A DNA stretch of 39,252 bases from Methanosarcinales archaeon (GTDB taxonomy: Archaea; Halobacteriota; Methanosarcinia; Methanosarcinales; Methanogasteraceae): contig JAUVWP010000003.1 of assembly GCA_030604085.1 (NCBI GenBank), forward strand, positions 1-39,252, in the 5' to 3' direction. How positions within the stretch are numbered: position 1 is the first letter of the stretch; each line of letters opens with the position of its first letter. The position numbers and the translations under genes are program-made. The notes under the pieces were generated by a model. It did not search any database. It worked only from the letters and a program-made list of their open reading frames with translations, and was not told the DNA's origin. Shown one piece after another: positions 1 to 8,729 of the stretch.

Positions 1-191
1 GCCTGCATGTACGTTGGAGCATTGATATTCCTCTTATGGAAGAGATCTCCGGCAATGAGCAGAAATTCTGCATCTGACTGGATCGTATAATCGACAACCC
101 GGTCGAAAGCGCGTGCAAAGTCCTTGAACCGATCGGAAAGACCGTACTGCACATATCCGAGATGGAAATCACTTGCATGCACAAAGTTCAT
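1..191 (-). CDS. mre11: Mre11/SbcD-family DNA repair nuclease, 5' part (runs off the window)
   Basis: Manual translation from ATG at 191: MNFVHASDFHLGYVQYGLSDRFKDFARAFDRVVD...LLIAGDLFHKRN; contains the DxHLG and GDLF phosphoesterase motifs I and II. Confidence 0.88.
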   Translation of the reverse strand, partial: MNFVHASDFHLGYVQYGLSDRFKDFARAFDRVVDYTIQSDAEFLLIAGDLFHKRNINAPTYMQ

Positions 192-247
192 GTTCACTTT
201 ATCGAATCCGCGGGCACATTAATATGTCGGCACGGTAGAATATATTT

Positions 248-1207
248 ATGGATGTTCTGGGTGCTCAGGTGCCTGTGCCGGTACTGGTGCTGGTTCTCGC
301 TGTCGCGATCGATCTGGTAGCAGGTGAGATGCCATACGCCGCCCACCCCGTGGTCTGGCTCGGCACGCTGATACATCGGATATCAGGATGGTGCGAGCAG
401 ACCGATAAGAGGTATCACAGAATCTGCGGACTTGTGCTGGTGCTGATATGCGTATCGTGCGCTGCCGTCACAGGCGTTCTGTTAACCCTTCTGGCAGAGC
501 GGCATAGTCTCATTGGCATCGTCTTGATGGCGTATTTCTTGAAATCGACGTTCTCGATACGGTCGCTTGTTAGTTCTTCAAACCTGATCTACAGGGATCT
601 TTCCGCGAACGATATCGAGAGTGCAAGAAAAGACTTGATCTCGCTCGTAAGCAGGGATGCCGGAGGTCTTGACGAGCCAAAAATCGCATCAGCAGCGATC
701 GAATCGACTGCCGAGAATTATGTGGACAGTATCCTCTCACCGATACTCTATTTTGCAGTCTTTGGGATTCCGGGCGCTCTTGTGTATAAGGCAGTGAACA
801 CGCTCGACTCGATGGTCGGATACAGAAACGAGCGGTTCTCTGCGATCGGTTTCGCATCTGCAAAGTTAGACGACATCGCCAACTGGATTCCTGCGAGGTT
901 ATCTATTCTCTTCATTCTTCTCCCGTCCTTCCGGTTCAGTCCGGGGTCTGCGTTACGGGTATGTCTGCGTGACCACGCGCTTCCTCCGTCCCCGAACTCC
1001 GGATACCCGATGGCGATGGTTGCGGGCGCTCTCGGTTGCAGACTCGAGAAACCCGGGAGTTACGTGCTCGGGCGCGAATATCCGGATCCGTCGCCGCACC
1101 ACATCCTTCAGGCGAACCGGATCGCCATGCTCGCCTCGTTTCTTCTGATTGCGGTGGTTGTGGTCTGTTACTGGATTGACCAGATCCCCCTGCCCCCACT
1201 TCTCTGA
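248..1207 (+). CDS. cbiB: Adenosylcobinamide-phosphate synthase CbiB (CobD)
   Basis: HPVVWLG, LVSRD, ESTAEN..D, YKAVNTLDSMVGY, KLDDIANWIPARL and SPNSGYPMA motifs; hydrophobic membrane protein. Confidence 0.95.
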   Translation: MDVLGAQVPVPVLVLVLAVAIDLVAGEMPYAAHPVVWLGTLIHRISGWCEQTDKRYHRICGLVLVLICVSCAAVTGVLLTLLAERHSLIGIVLMAYFLKSTFSIRSLVSSSNLIYRDLSANDIESARKDLISLVSRDAGGLDEPKIASAAIESTAENYVDSILSPILYFAVFGIPGALVYKAVNTLDSMVGYRNERFSAIGFASAKLDDIANWIPARLSILFILLPSFRFSPGSALRVCLRDHALPPSPNSGYPMAMVAGALGCRLEKPGSYVLGREYPDPSPHHILQANRIAMLASFLLIAVVVVCYWIDQIPLPPLL

Positions 1208-1253
1208 AAATGCGGGGGCGCAATAATTATCATCCCTGCCGCCAGAACAACCC

Positions 1254-2228
1254 ATGATGGAGCTACTATTCCTGAACGAAGGCGACGTTACCGAACTGCT
1301 CGACATGCCAGGAGCGCTCAGCGTGGTTGAGGCGGCATTTCTGGAGCACGGCATGGGCAGGACGCAAATGCCTCCGAAGTCGTACCTGTACTTCCCAACA
1401 GGTGACCTCCGCACAATGCCAGCATACCTTGAGACGGCAGGGATCGCAGGCGTCAAGATCGTCAATGTGCACCCTGGCAACCCGGAGGCTGGACTACCTA
1501 CGGTGATGGCGGTCTTCATGCTGAACTCGATAGAGACCGGGGCATCGCTTGCCGTGATGGGCGGCACGTACCTGACAGATATGCGAACTGGTGCTGCGGG
1601 AGGCGTGGCTGCGGACCGCCTCGCACGAACTGACGCCGCGGTGGTCGGCATGGTCGGTGTCGGGCGGCAGGCGCGAACCCAGTTGCGTGCGATCTGCGAG
1701 GTCAGGAGCATCGAGACCGTCAAAGTCGTTGACCGCTCGGATGCGTCCTGCAAACGGTTCAGGGACGGCATGAAGAATCTCGGCTGCGAGATCACGGTGA
1801 TGGATGGCATCCGGCAGGTCTGCGACTGCGATATACTGGTCACGACAACGCCGGTCAGGGAGCCGATCGTGGCGGACGACTGGATACTGGACGGCACGCA
1901 CATCAACGCCATCGGCGCTGATGCAGCAGGCAAGGAGGAACTCGATCCGGAGATCCTCAGGCGGTCCAGAATCGTGATCGATGATCCTGCGCAGGCATTC
2001 CACTCTGGCGAGGTGAATGTCCCGCTAAAACTGGGTATCATATCTGAGGGGGACATCTACGGCACGCTTGGCGAGATCGTCGCAGGGATAAAGCCGGGAA
2101 GAACCGATGATGGCGAGATCACGGTCTTCGACTCGACAGGACTTGCCATACAGGACGTCTCGACAGCAAACCACGTCTATCAGCAGGCTGTCCGGAAAGG
2201 TATCGGAACACGCTTAAAATTATTCTAA
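1254..2228 (+). CDS. ala: Alanine dehydrogenase (ornithine cyclodeaminase/mu-crystallin family, archaeal type)
   Basis: [56 protein letters not shown]. Confidence 0.88.
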   Translation: MMELLFLNEGDVTELLDMPGALSVVEAAFLEHGMGRTQMPPKSYLYFPTGDLRTMPAYLETAGIAGVKIVNVHPGNPEAGLPTVMAVFMLNSIETGASLAVMGGTYLTDMRTGAAGGVAADRLARTDAAVVGMVGVGRQARTQLRAICEVRSIETVKVVDRSDASCKRFRDGMKNLGCEITVMDGIRQVCDCDILVTTTPVREPIVADDWILDGTHINAIGADAAGKEELDPEILRRSRIVIDDPAQAFHSGEVNVPLKLGIISEGDIYGTLGEIVAGIKPGRTDDGEITVFDSTGLAIQDVSTANHVYQQAVRKGIGTRLKLF

Positions 2229-2944
2229 TGATGAACGCAGACGTATATGAGATATTCAACTCGGTTCAGGGCGAGGGAACCCGTGTCGGCGTGAGACAGG
2301 TCTTTGTCAGGTTCTGCGGCTGCCAGTTGCACTGCGAATACTGCGATACCGGAGCGGCAAGGGTTCCGGCAAAGAGGTGCAGGATTCTCGACAGGTATAT
2401 CGACAATCCGCTCGGTATGGATGCTGTGATCGACGCCATCGATGATCTGTGGACCCCCGCTACCCGAAGTGTCAGTCTAACAGGGGGAGAGCCGCTGTTG
2501 CACTGCGATTTCATAGGAGAACTTGTGAGGGGCGTTTCACGACCGATATATCTTGAGACTAACGCCGGTCTTCCGGATTCTGCCAGAACGATAGCAGATC
2601 ACATCGATATCGCTGCATGTGATATCAAACTCCCGGAACACAGGGCAACCCGGGATTATGACAGTCTTTTAGATGCTGAATTACAGTCGATCGAGATATT
2701 CCATACATCGGGTGCCGAAACTTTTGTCAAAATTATTGTTCTTCCGGAAACAACAGAAAAAAGCATCAGTGGCGCGGTTTTTGGAATCAAAGCCATCGAT
2801 GATTCGATTCCGCTGGTCATGCAGCCGGTAACTCCTTTGAGTGTTGATCTCTGCCAGTTGCTCGACCTGATGGACTTTGCAGGCGCGCACCTCTCCGATG
2901 TCCGCATGATTCCGCAACTGCACCGGATGATCGGAATTCCTTGA
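2228..2944 (+). CDS. queE: 7-carboxy-7-deazaguanine synthase (radical SAM)
   Basis: EIFNSVQGEG, FVRFCGCQLHCEYCDT (CxxxCxxC), SLTGGEPLL, YLETN, IPQLHR. Confidence 0.88.
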   Translation: MMNADVYEIFNSVQGEGTRVGVRQVFVRFCGCQLHCEYCDTGAARVPAKRCRILDRYIDNPLGMDAVIDAIDDLWTPATRSVSLTGGEPLLHCDFIGELVRGVSRPIYLETNAGLPDSARTIADHIDIAACDIKLPEHRATRDYDSLLDAELQSIEIFHTSGAETFVKIIVLPETTEKSISGAVFGIKAIDDSIPLVMQPVTPLSVDLCQLLDLMDFAGAHLSDVRMIPQLHRMIGIP

Positions 2945-3004
2945 TGCGCTATCTCCTTATTTGCCGTACAACCGGTTAACCGGCTGCGAGTGGCTGTGCG
3001 ATAG

Positions 3005-3017
3005 ATTTCTTTTTTTT
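3005..3017 (+). terminator. Oligo-T terminator candidate after cbiB-ala-queE
   Basis: T-rich run (tttcttttttttt) about 60 nt after the queE stop. Confidence 0.45.
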
Positions 3018-3074
3018 CACTGGCTGAATGGAAGTAATTCTCTTCCCTGTTTGCGTATTGTAGGTATTTCTCAA

Positions 3075-3114
3075 AAACCTAACTTTATTAGGGTTAATTA
3101 TTTGCAAACCTAAC
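3075..3114 (+). promoter_or_regulatory. 40-bp promoter/operator motif, copy 1
   Basis: AAACCTAACTTTATTAGGGTTAATTATTTGCAAACCTAAC; same architecture at 5558 and 5967; followed by AGGAGG and the ATG at 3149. Confidence 0.8.
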
Positions 3115-3148
3115 TGCCCACATAGATGCACCCAAAAGGAGGTTTAAT

Positions 3149-5065
3149 ATGGAAGACACAAGATTTAAGGCAATTAGAAGAACTCTGTCAACAATCGTGC
3201 TGATAACGATCCTGCTATCATCGATCGCACCTGCTGTTGCCGGAGCTTACGAGAATGGCGGGGCGGATGAAAAGATCGGAGTCCTCGTCGTAGCACATGG
3301 AAGCCCGAGCGAGAGCTGGTGTAGCCATGTGCGGAATGAAACAGATGAGGTGGATCTGCCGTATCAGGTCGAACTCGGGTTCCTCGAGTTTGTACCAAAT
3401 GAGACGATCAATCTCGCTGTCGAGAGACTCGATGACGCCGGTGTAACAGAGATTATCGCTGTACCGCTCTTTATCTCATCACACAGCAGCCATATCCTGG
3501 AGATCGAGTATGTGCTCGGGCTTCGGGAGACGCTTCCACTGACAACTGAGCACGTCGTTGTCGAGGGCGTGGAGATGGAGCGGTCTGTCGTTCCGAATGG
3601 CGGTCGATACGCAATATCCCGTATGCCGCTTGAGGATGACGCTAACGGGGATATGCGAGCGCTGGGGCGCCCGGAAGAGGGGATGGAAGAGGAACTTGTG
3701 CCGGTCGAGACCGATGCAGAGATCATCCTCACCGCTGCGATGGATGACCACTGGCTTGTGGCAGGGATCGTTGCGGATCGCACGGCTGATCTGGTCGCGA
3801 ATCCGGAAGGCGAGACGCTCGTTCTCGTTGCGCATGGGACCGAGGAGGAGGATAACTTCGCCGGATGGGTGAACAGCACCTCATCGCTTGCCAATCAGGC
3901 GCGGCTGAAGCTTCTGTACTGGAGAGATCCCTCGATCGGGATTAGCGGCACAGAAGCCGCGTTTATCCACCATAACGAGACGCTTCACCCTGAATTCACG
4001 TTAAGACCGATCGTTTCAGACGCCGCGGATCCGGTCGTCGTCCCGCTGATGGTAAGTGAGGGATACTTCACAGGCACGAAGATTCCGGGTTTGCTTGAGA
4101 ACCTGACTTACGTCTACGATGGCAGTGCGCTTACGCCGCACCCGAATGTGGCTGAATGGATCGAGATCGTCGCTTCAGAAGAGTTCACAGATCTTACGCT
4201 CCGGATATCTGATGAAGGAGAACTTCTGGATATCTCGCTGGATGATGTGGGTGCTGCACACGGTCACATCTGCCCGTGCGTTGCAGCAGCGTTCAAGGCA
4301 AGCCAGACAGCGTTTCTGGCGTGGGACGGAGTTCCTCCTGCACGCGGCGATCTGGAGATTGCCAGTGCACACCCGTCCGACGGGCATACTGAGACGTTTG
4401 AGTACATCTTAAACTCAAGCGATGACGTCACAGTCAAGCTGCCCGAGGGAACTGATATCGTGAATCTGACTGCGGAGAACTACAACTACAGGTTCGTCGA
4501 GAAATCGACCGGCGACATGGTTGTGGTCAGCGCGAAGGATGGTCTTTTCCCTGACGGCTTCTTTGAGATGAGAAAGAGGTGCAAGACAGGGGTTACAACG
4601 CCTGACGAGAAGTTGGCATTCAAACTTGCGAAGGGGGAGCTTAAGGAGAAGATTCTCTATCTGCCGACAGAGGAAATCTTTGAGGTCGAGTATACCCGAG
4701 GAGGGAGTTCAACAGTACTCACCACCGAGATCATCCCCGCGATCTCGATGACGGTTCCGACGACAACTGTCGATTTCGGGAAGGTCGGGGCAGGGATGAC
4801 TTCTGCAAATCAGGTCATAACAGTCGTGAACACGGGAGCGAAATCTGCAAAGGTCTCTGCAATGATGCTGGATGACGATAGCGGATTCTACAACGAGTCG
4901 CTCTGGTTAAACAGCCTGAATATCGGTGGTTTCTCAAGCGTGGTGCCATCAGACACGTCAGACTTCAGATATGAGTATGAGATTCTCGCAAACCTTGTGG
5001 TGCCTGACTGGGCAGGAGGAAAGTATGATGGGACGATCTTTTTCGTTGCAGAAAGCGAGTCGTAG
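3149..5065 (+). CDS. Secreted CbiX-like chelatase-fold protein (two CbiX domains) fused to an FmdE-like domain and a C-terminal beta-rich domain
   Basis: N-terminal signal-like stretch; GVLVVAHGS...GFLEF...VPLFISSHSSH; second domain TLVLVAHGT...VVVPLMVSEGYFT...LTPHP; HGHICPC resembles the FmdE HGHxCP motif; AGGAGG ribosome site. Confidence 0.75.
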   Translation: MEDTRFKAIRRTLSTIVLITILLSSIAPAVAGAYENGGADEKIGVLVVAHGSPSESWCSHVRNETDEVDLPYQVELGFLEFVPNETINLAVERLDDAGVTEIIAVPLFISSHSSHILEIEYVLGLRETLPLTTEHVVVEGVEMERSVVPNGGRYAISRMPLEDDANGDMRALGRPEEGMEEELVPVETDAEIILTAAMDDHWLVAGIVADRTADLVANPEGETLVLVAHGTEEEDNFAGWVNSTSSLANQARLKLLYWRDPSIGISGTEAAFIHHNETLHPEFTLRPIVSDAADPVVVPLMVSEGYFTGTKIPGLLENLTYVYDGSALTPHPNVAEWIEIVASEEFTDLTLRISDEGELLDISLDDVGAAHGHICPCVAAAFKASQTAFLAWDGVPPARGDLEIASAHPSDGHTETFEYILNSSDDVTVKLPEGTDIVNLTAENYNYRFVEKSTGDMVVVSAKDGLFPDGFFEMRKRCKTGVTTPDEKLAFKLAKGELKEKILYLPTEEIFEVEYTRGGSSTVLTTEIIPAISMTVPTTTVDFGKVGAGMTSANQVITVVNTGAKSAKVSAMMLDDDSGFYNESLWLNSLNIGGFSSVVPSDTSDFRYEYEILANLVVPDWAGGKYDGTIFFVAESES

Positions 5066-5534
5066 GGGGATAATCCCCCTTCTCCTTCTTTTCCTGCTGA
5101 TCCCGCAAGCATCCGGGATCGGTGTTGGCGCATCACCTGACAGGATCGAGTTTGGCGTGGTGAGCCCGAAAGATGGAGCGGTACGAGAGCTGTACGTGAT
5201 CAACACCGGTGACGCGGCAGAACGAGTTTTACTCACGGTAGAAGGAGTAAATCTTACCGTAGACCCACTGGAGTTCGATCTTGCTGCAAAGGAGAACAGG
5301 GCTGTTGTGGTATCGGTAGATCATGCAGAAGCTGGCGAGCATGAGGGAAGCATCCTGATCACGGCTCGTCCGTCCGGAGACGGCGCAGGCGGGCTTGGTC
5401 TTGGCGCAGGCGTCAGGGTGCCGGTCTCGTTTGTTGTGGAGGACAGTACCTCATGGAAGGTCGTTGTCGTCGCCGGACCGCTTCTTCTTGTTGTGGCTGC
5501 TACGGTGTTCTGGAGGCGGCGAACAAAGGTGTGA
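5025..5534 (+). CDS. Exported Ig-like protein with C-terminal membrane anchor
   Basis: GGAGG upstream of ATG 5025; signal peptide (IIPLLLLFLLIPQASG); IGVGASPDRIEFG..LYVINTG beta-sandwich pattern; C-terminal TM followed by RRR. Confidence 0.7.
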   Translation: MMGRSFSLQKASRRGIIPLLLLFLLIPQASGIGVGASPDRIEFGVVSPKDGAVRELYVINTGDAAERVLLTVEGVNLTVDPLEFDLAAKENRAVVVSVDHAEAGEHEGSILITARPSGDGAGGLGLGAGVRVPVSFVVEDSTSWKVVVVAGPLLLVVAATVFWRRRTKV

Positions 5535-5557
5535 ATGATGTTTCGGGTTTTTGCGCT

Positions 5558-5597
5558 AAACCTAACTTTTTTAGGGCAACTTATTTCCATACCTAAC
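5558..5597 (+). promoter_or_regulatory. 40-bp promoter/operator motif, copy 2
   Basis: AAACCTAACTTTTTTAGGGCAACTTATTTCCATACCTAAC; followed by AGGAGGT and the ATG at 5636. Confidence 0.8.
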
Positions 5598-5635
5598 ACC
5601 ACAGTCTTCTAAAACATGAAAGGAGGTGGAGTACA

Positions 5636-5722
5636 ATGGGTTGTGAATGCGACGGAAACTGCGTACATTGCAGATGCAAGAAAGCCAAAGCGGCAAGCGA
5701 AGAAGTTGAAGACGAAGAGTGA
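5636..5722 (+). CDS. 28-aa Cys-rich peptide (metallothionein-like candidate), below the ORF-track cutoff
   Basis: MGCECDGNCVHCRCKKAKAASEEVEDEE*; AGGAGGT at 5621-5627; lies directly after motif copy 2. Confidence 0.7.
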   Translation: MGCECDGNCVHCRCKKAKAASEEVEDEE

Positions 5723-5966
5723 AAACCTGTGAGAAGATGCCTTGGAGCACCCTATGGAACGGATGAAAACCCCTCTCCGTTCCCGCACATATTGCAGGCA
5801 CATAACGAGTTTTATTGGCAAATACGTGGAGTTTGATCATCACATGAATGAGATGATTGAACAATACATCTCTTCGAAAGGTCTCTGCAGGACGATACAA
5901 TCGGCAGTGGTGATGTGGTGGGAGATTCTTGCTCAATGAATCTCAATAAGTTTGGATTTTCATTCA

Positions 5967-6006
5967 AAACCTAATATTTGTAGGGACAACTATTTGTATA
6001 CCTAAC
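5967..6006 (+). promoter_or_regulatory. 40-bp promoter/operator motif, copy 3
   Basis: AAACCTAATATTTGTAGGGACAACTATTTGTATACCTAAC. Confidence 0.78.
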
Positions 6007-6233
6007 ATCCAACTTACCGGATGCAGGCATACGCTTGCGGTAGACTCGAAAAACCCGCGTCTATGTAGCGAAATATATCGCCTCCTGGATAGTTTGATGC
6101 GGGAGTGTGGTACGGGGATCGTGGACCGGGAGTGGGGTAATCTCTCATACACATCCTCCGGCGATATGCTGCAAATCAGGACAAATGGCATCAGCATCTC
6201 AAAAACGATGCGAAAGTCGAATCGGTGAACTTC

Positions 6234-6373
6234 ATGGAAAACGTACAACAACTGACCAGATGCCCGAAGTGTGGAAAACGTCGTACGTATGCGGACATAC
6301 ACAGATCTGCAGCACATGCGGCTACTGGATCCTGAAAGGGACTGCGAGAATGGATTCGATCGTTGTCATCTGA
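6234..6373 (+). pseudogene. Small zinc-ribbon protein with a 1-nt frameshift
   Basis: GGTGA at 6224, then ATG: MENVQQLTRCPKCG. One extra A in the AAAA at 6275-6278 would join it to KTSYVCGHTQICSTCGYWILKGTARMDSIVVI*, giving CxxC...CxxCGY. Confidence 0.5.
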
Positions 6374-6631
6374 ACATCATTTTCCCACTCAGGAGAATCT
6401 GCGCATGTTCATGTCCAGGATCTTAAGAATCCTGATTTGTTCGGATTTTTGAATTTATTCGAGTTTTTGCATCACCGGTGTCGTATATATGGCGCAGTGG
6501 CCATATCCTGATCTCTTCGCAGACCTCGATCCTTCCAGTATACCTCAGGAGTATCTTGAGCGGTTTCAGGGCATGGAGGTGCCGGATAGAATCTTTGTGT
6601 ACCCGGCAAGTGAGCCATAAAGATCAGTAGA

Positions 6632-6994
6632 TCAGTGGTGTCGGTGCTCCCGGCAAGCGTTCTCGTCGGTCGCTTCCATAAGCTGTCCCTGCTGCCATGC
6701 CTCGATTGCATCGCGCACCGTACCTGATGCACCCACAAGGACGTCGATTCCGAACTGCTCGAACATCGTAACAGCCTTAGGTCCAAGCCCCCCACAGAGC
6801 ATGACATGAGTTCCGGTCTTTGATATGAACTCCGGGGGCAGCCCGACGCCACCCATATGCTCGCTGGTATTCTGGGTTACCTCAACCTCATTCGTGTCGA
6901 GATCGACGATCGTGTATGTCGGAACCCTGCCAAAGTGCTGACCGACAGGAGCGTCGATACCGCCCTCTCCTTCTGTTGGAATACATACTTTCAT
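6632..6994 (-). CDS. NifB/NifX-family (MTH1175-like) metal-cluster-binding protein
   Basis: MKVCIPT...VGQHFGRVPTYTIVD...LCGGLGPKA...GIDV; His-rich C-terminus. Start placed at ATG 6994. Confidence 0.88.
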   Translation of the reverse strand: MKVCIPTEGEGGIDAPVGQHFGRVPTYTIVDLDTNEVEVTQNTSEHMGGVGLPPEFISKTGTHVMLCGGLGPKAVTMFEQFGIDVLVGASGTVRDAIEAWQQGQLMEATDENACREHRHH

Positions 6995-7219
6995 CTCTTC
7001 TTCGCCTCTTGTTATTTCACGTTGTTCGTTTGTCTTGCGATCAACTCTATTAATACTGTGTACGTAATAGGGCTGCCAACTTGGCTCTTGCGCTTGTATC
7101 AAACCTGAAGGCACACGTTTGCATAAATCACACGAATTGGGGCATCACAAATTTTTCTAATGTCTGGAAAGACTGTATCGACCGTGTCACGCTATTCCGA
7201 ATCCTTGCATCTACTGATA

Positions 7220-8110
7220 CTATCTCTCATGTGCGATCCCGCAGATATCCGGGACCTCGTGCCCGTGCACCTGGCAGTAACCCTCGATTCCGTCCGCAAT
7301 CTCTGCAAAGACCTGGATTCCTCCGCACACCGCAGACCCGACCTGCACAGCGCTTGCTCCAGCCATCATCATCTTGACCGCATCCTGCCACGTAGAGATC
7401 CCGCCGACCCCGATTATTGGTATGTCGAGCGCAGCATACAGGTCGTAGACACATTTCACGGCAATCGGCTTGATCGCAGTCCCTGAAAGTCCGCCGAACC
7501 GGTTGCCAAGGATCGGAAATCCAGATTCGATGTCGATAGCCATTGCACGCACGGTATTGATGGCAACAACGACATCCGCCCCCCCTTCCTGTGCGGCAAG
7601 CCCGATCTTTGTGATATCTGTGACATTCGGCGTCAGTTTCGCCCAGACCGGGATGTTAACCGCGTCCTTGACCGCAGATGTGATCTCCCGGACAAGAGAC
7701 GGGTCGATGCCGATGGACGCGCCGTATCTGTCTGCGTGCGGGCAGCTGAGGTTCAGTTCGATCCCGTCCGCAAGATCGCAGAGTCCGAGCGCAACCTCGA
7801 CGAATTCGGATGCGTTTCCACCGAAGATACTTGCAATCACAGGAACTTTGCCTTTCTTTGCGGTCACCAGCTCTTCGCGATATTGTTGATACCCTGGATT
7901 CGGCAGACCGAGCGCGTTAAGGAAACCACATTCGATTTTTACCATGCTCGGGTTCGGATGTCCGGAATTGGGCGAGCGTCCGATTGATTTTGTGACGACT
8001 GCGCCTGCGCCGCTGCCTGCAACTCGCAGGAGCGATGCGCCGGTACTACCGAGGATTCCAGCGGCGAGGATCGTTGGGTTCTTCAGTTTCAGCCCTGTTA
8101 TGGTTATCAT
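7220..8110 (-). CDS. pyrD: Dihydroorotate dehydrogenase, family 1B catalytic subunit
   Basis: LKNPTILAAG, GAVVTKS, NALGLPNPG, IELNLSCPH, KLTPNVTDI, INT, GGLSG.AIKPIA, IIGVGGI. Confidence 0.95.
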   Translation of the reverse strand: MITITGLKLKNPTILAAGILGSTGASLLRVAGSGAGAVVTKSIGRSPNSGHPNPSMVKIECGFLNALGLPNPGYQQYREELVTAKKGKVPVIASIFGGNASEFVEVALGLCDLADGIELNLSCPHADRYGASIGIDPSLVREITSAVKDAVNIPVWAKLTPNVTDITKIGLAAQEGGADVVVAINTVRAMAIDIESGFPILGNRFGGLSGTAIKPIAVKCVYDLYAALDIPIIGVGGISTWQDAVKMMMAGASAVQVGSAVCGGIQVFAEIADGIEGYCQVHGHEVPDICGIAHER

Positions 8111-8431
8111 GTTCAATTCCCCTTCGTTCCAATATCTTATGATCGTTTCTATGAATCTTTTCAATGAATTTTTTTATGGCATGATTCACCATGCCGAGAG
8201 ATCATAAATTGAATTTCTCAAATATATTTTTCAATGTTGCGCAGATCAGGATCAAAAAGTATATATAGGACTTATTTCAGAAAGTAAGTTCATAGCAATA
8301 CCAAGTATGGATATGGTCATGGGATAGGGTTCTATTCTGTGCATAATTCTATGCTTGGTGTCGGTGCATGAAACCGAACACATACCGTTCGATTGCGGAC
8401 GGAATCATACCACAAAAGGAGGTAAGAACAA

Positions 8432-8659
8432 ATGGCAAAGAAAATACTACCATTGGCTCCAGTTGAGCGACTTATACGGGCTGCATCCGAAGGCGACATC
8501 AGGGTCAGCGAATCAGCATGCAGCGCTTTGACCGACGAGCTCGAGAAGATCGGAATGAAAATCGCTAAGGAAGCGATTATCGAGACGAAACACGCGGGCA
8601 GAAAGACGGTTAAGGCAGAAGACATCAACAGAGCACTTGATATACTCAAACTGGGCTGA
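8432..8659 (+). CDS. Archaeal histone (HMf family)
   Basis: LPLAPVERLIR...RVS...AKEA...HAGRKTVKAEDI; AGGAGGT ribosome site; AAAAAGTATATATA promoter-like stretch near 8255. Confidence 0.96.
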   Translation: MAKKILPLAPVERLIRAASEGDIRVSESACSALTDELEKIGMKIAKEAIIETKHAGRKTVKAEDINRALDILKLG

Positions 8660-8678
8660 ACTTCCGGTTTGAACGCTT

Positions 8679-8720
8679 GCCGCCCGGCGAATCGGTCGTT
8701 GTGGGCGGTCTTATTTTTTT
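8679..8720 (+). terminator. Hairpin plus T-tract after the histone gene
   Basis: ccgccc...gggcgg stem followed by ttattttttt. Confidence 0.55.
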
Positions 8721-8729
8721 AGGGGTACC

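Noticed and set aside
953-2056. 367-aa minus-strand ORF and similar long antisense ORFs (3364-3894, 14037-14642, 18168-18956, 19857-20471, 29023-29586, 35682-36323)
   Set aside because: Shadow frames of well-supported genes with no recognisable motifs.
5742-5939. 65-aa ORF between motif copies 2 and 3
   Set aside because: TTG start, no clear ribosome site and no recognisable motif; cannot be supported, though not excluded.
3075-6006. The 40-bp repeats as a CRISPR array
   Set aside because: Copies are 0.4-2.5 kb apart, internally variable, sit in promoter positions, and there are no cas genes.
6413-6431. Palindrome CAGGATCTTAAGAATCCTG
   Set aside because: Single short hairpin between convergent units with no second copy seen; at most a terminator.
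6632-6994. Evidence for nitrogen fixation
   Set aside because: Stand-alone NifB/NifX-family proteins are common in archaea, and there are no nifHDK genes here.
6995-7114. N-terminal extension of the NifB/NifX protein (and similar extensions of pyrD, trpA, the reductase and DUF2178 ORFs)
   Set aside because: Family similarity and ribosome sites fit downstream ATGs.
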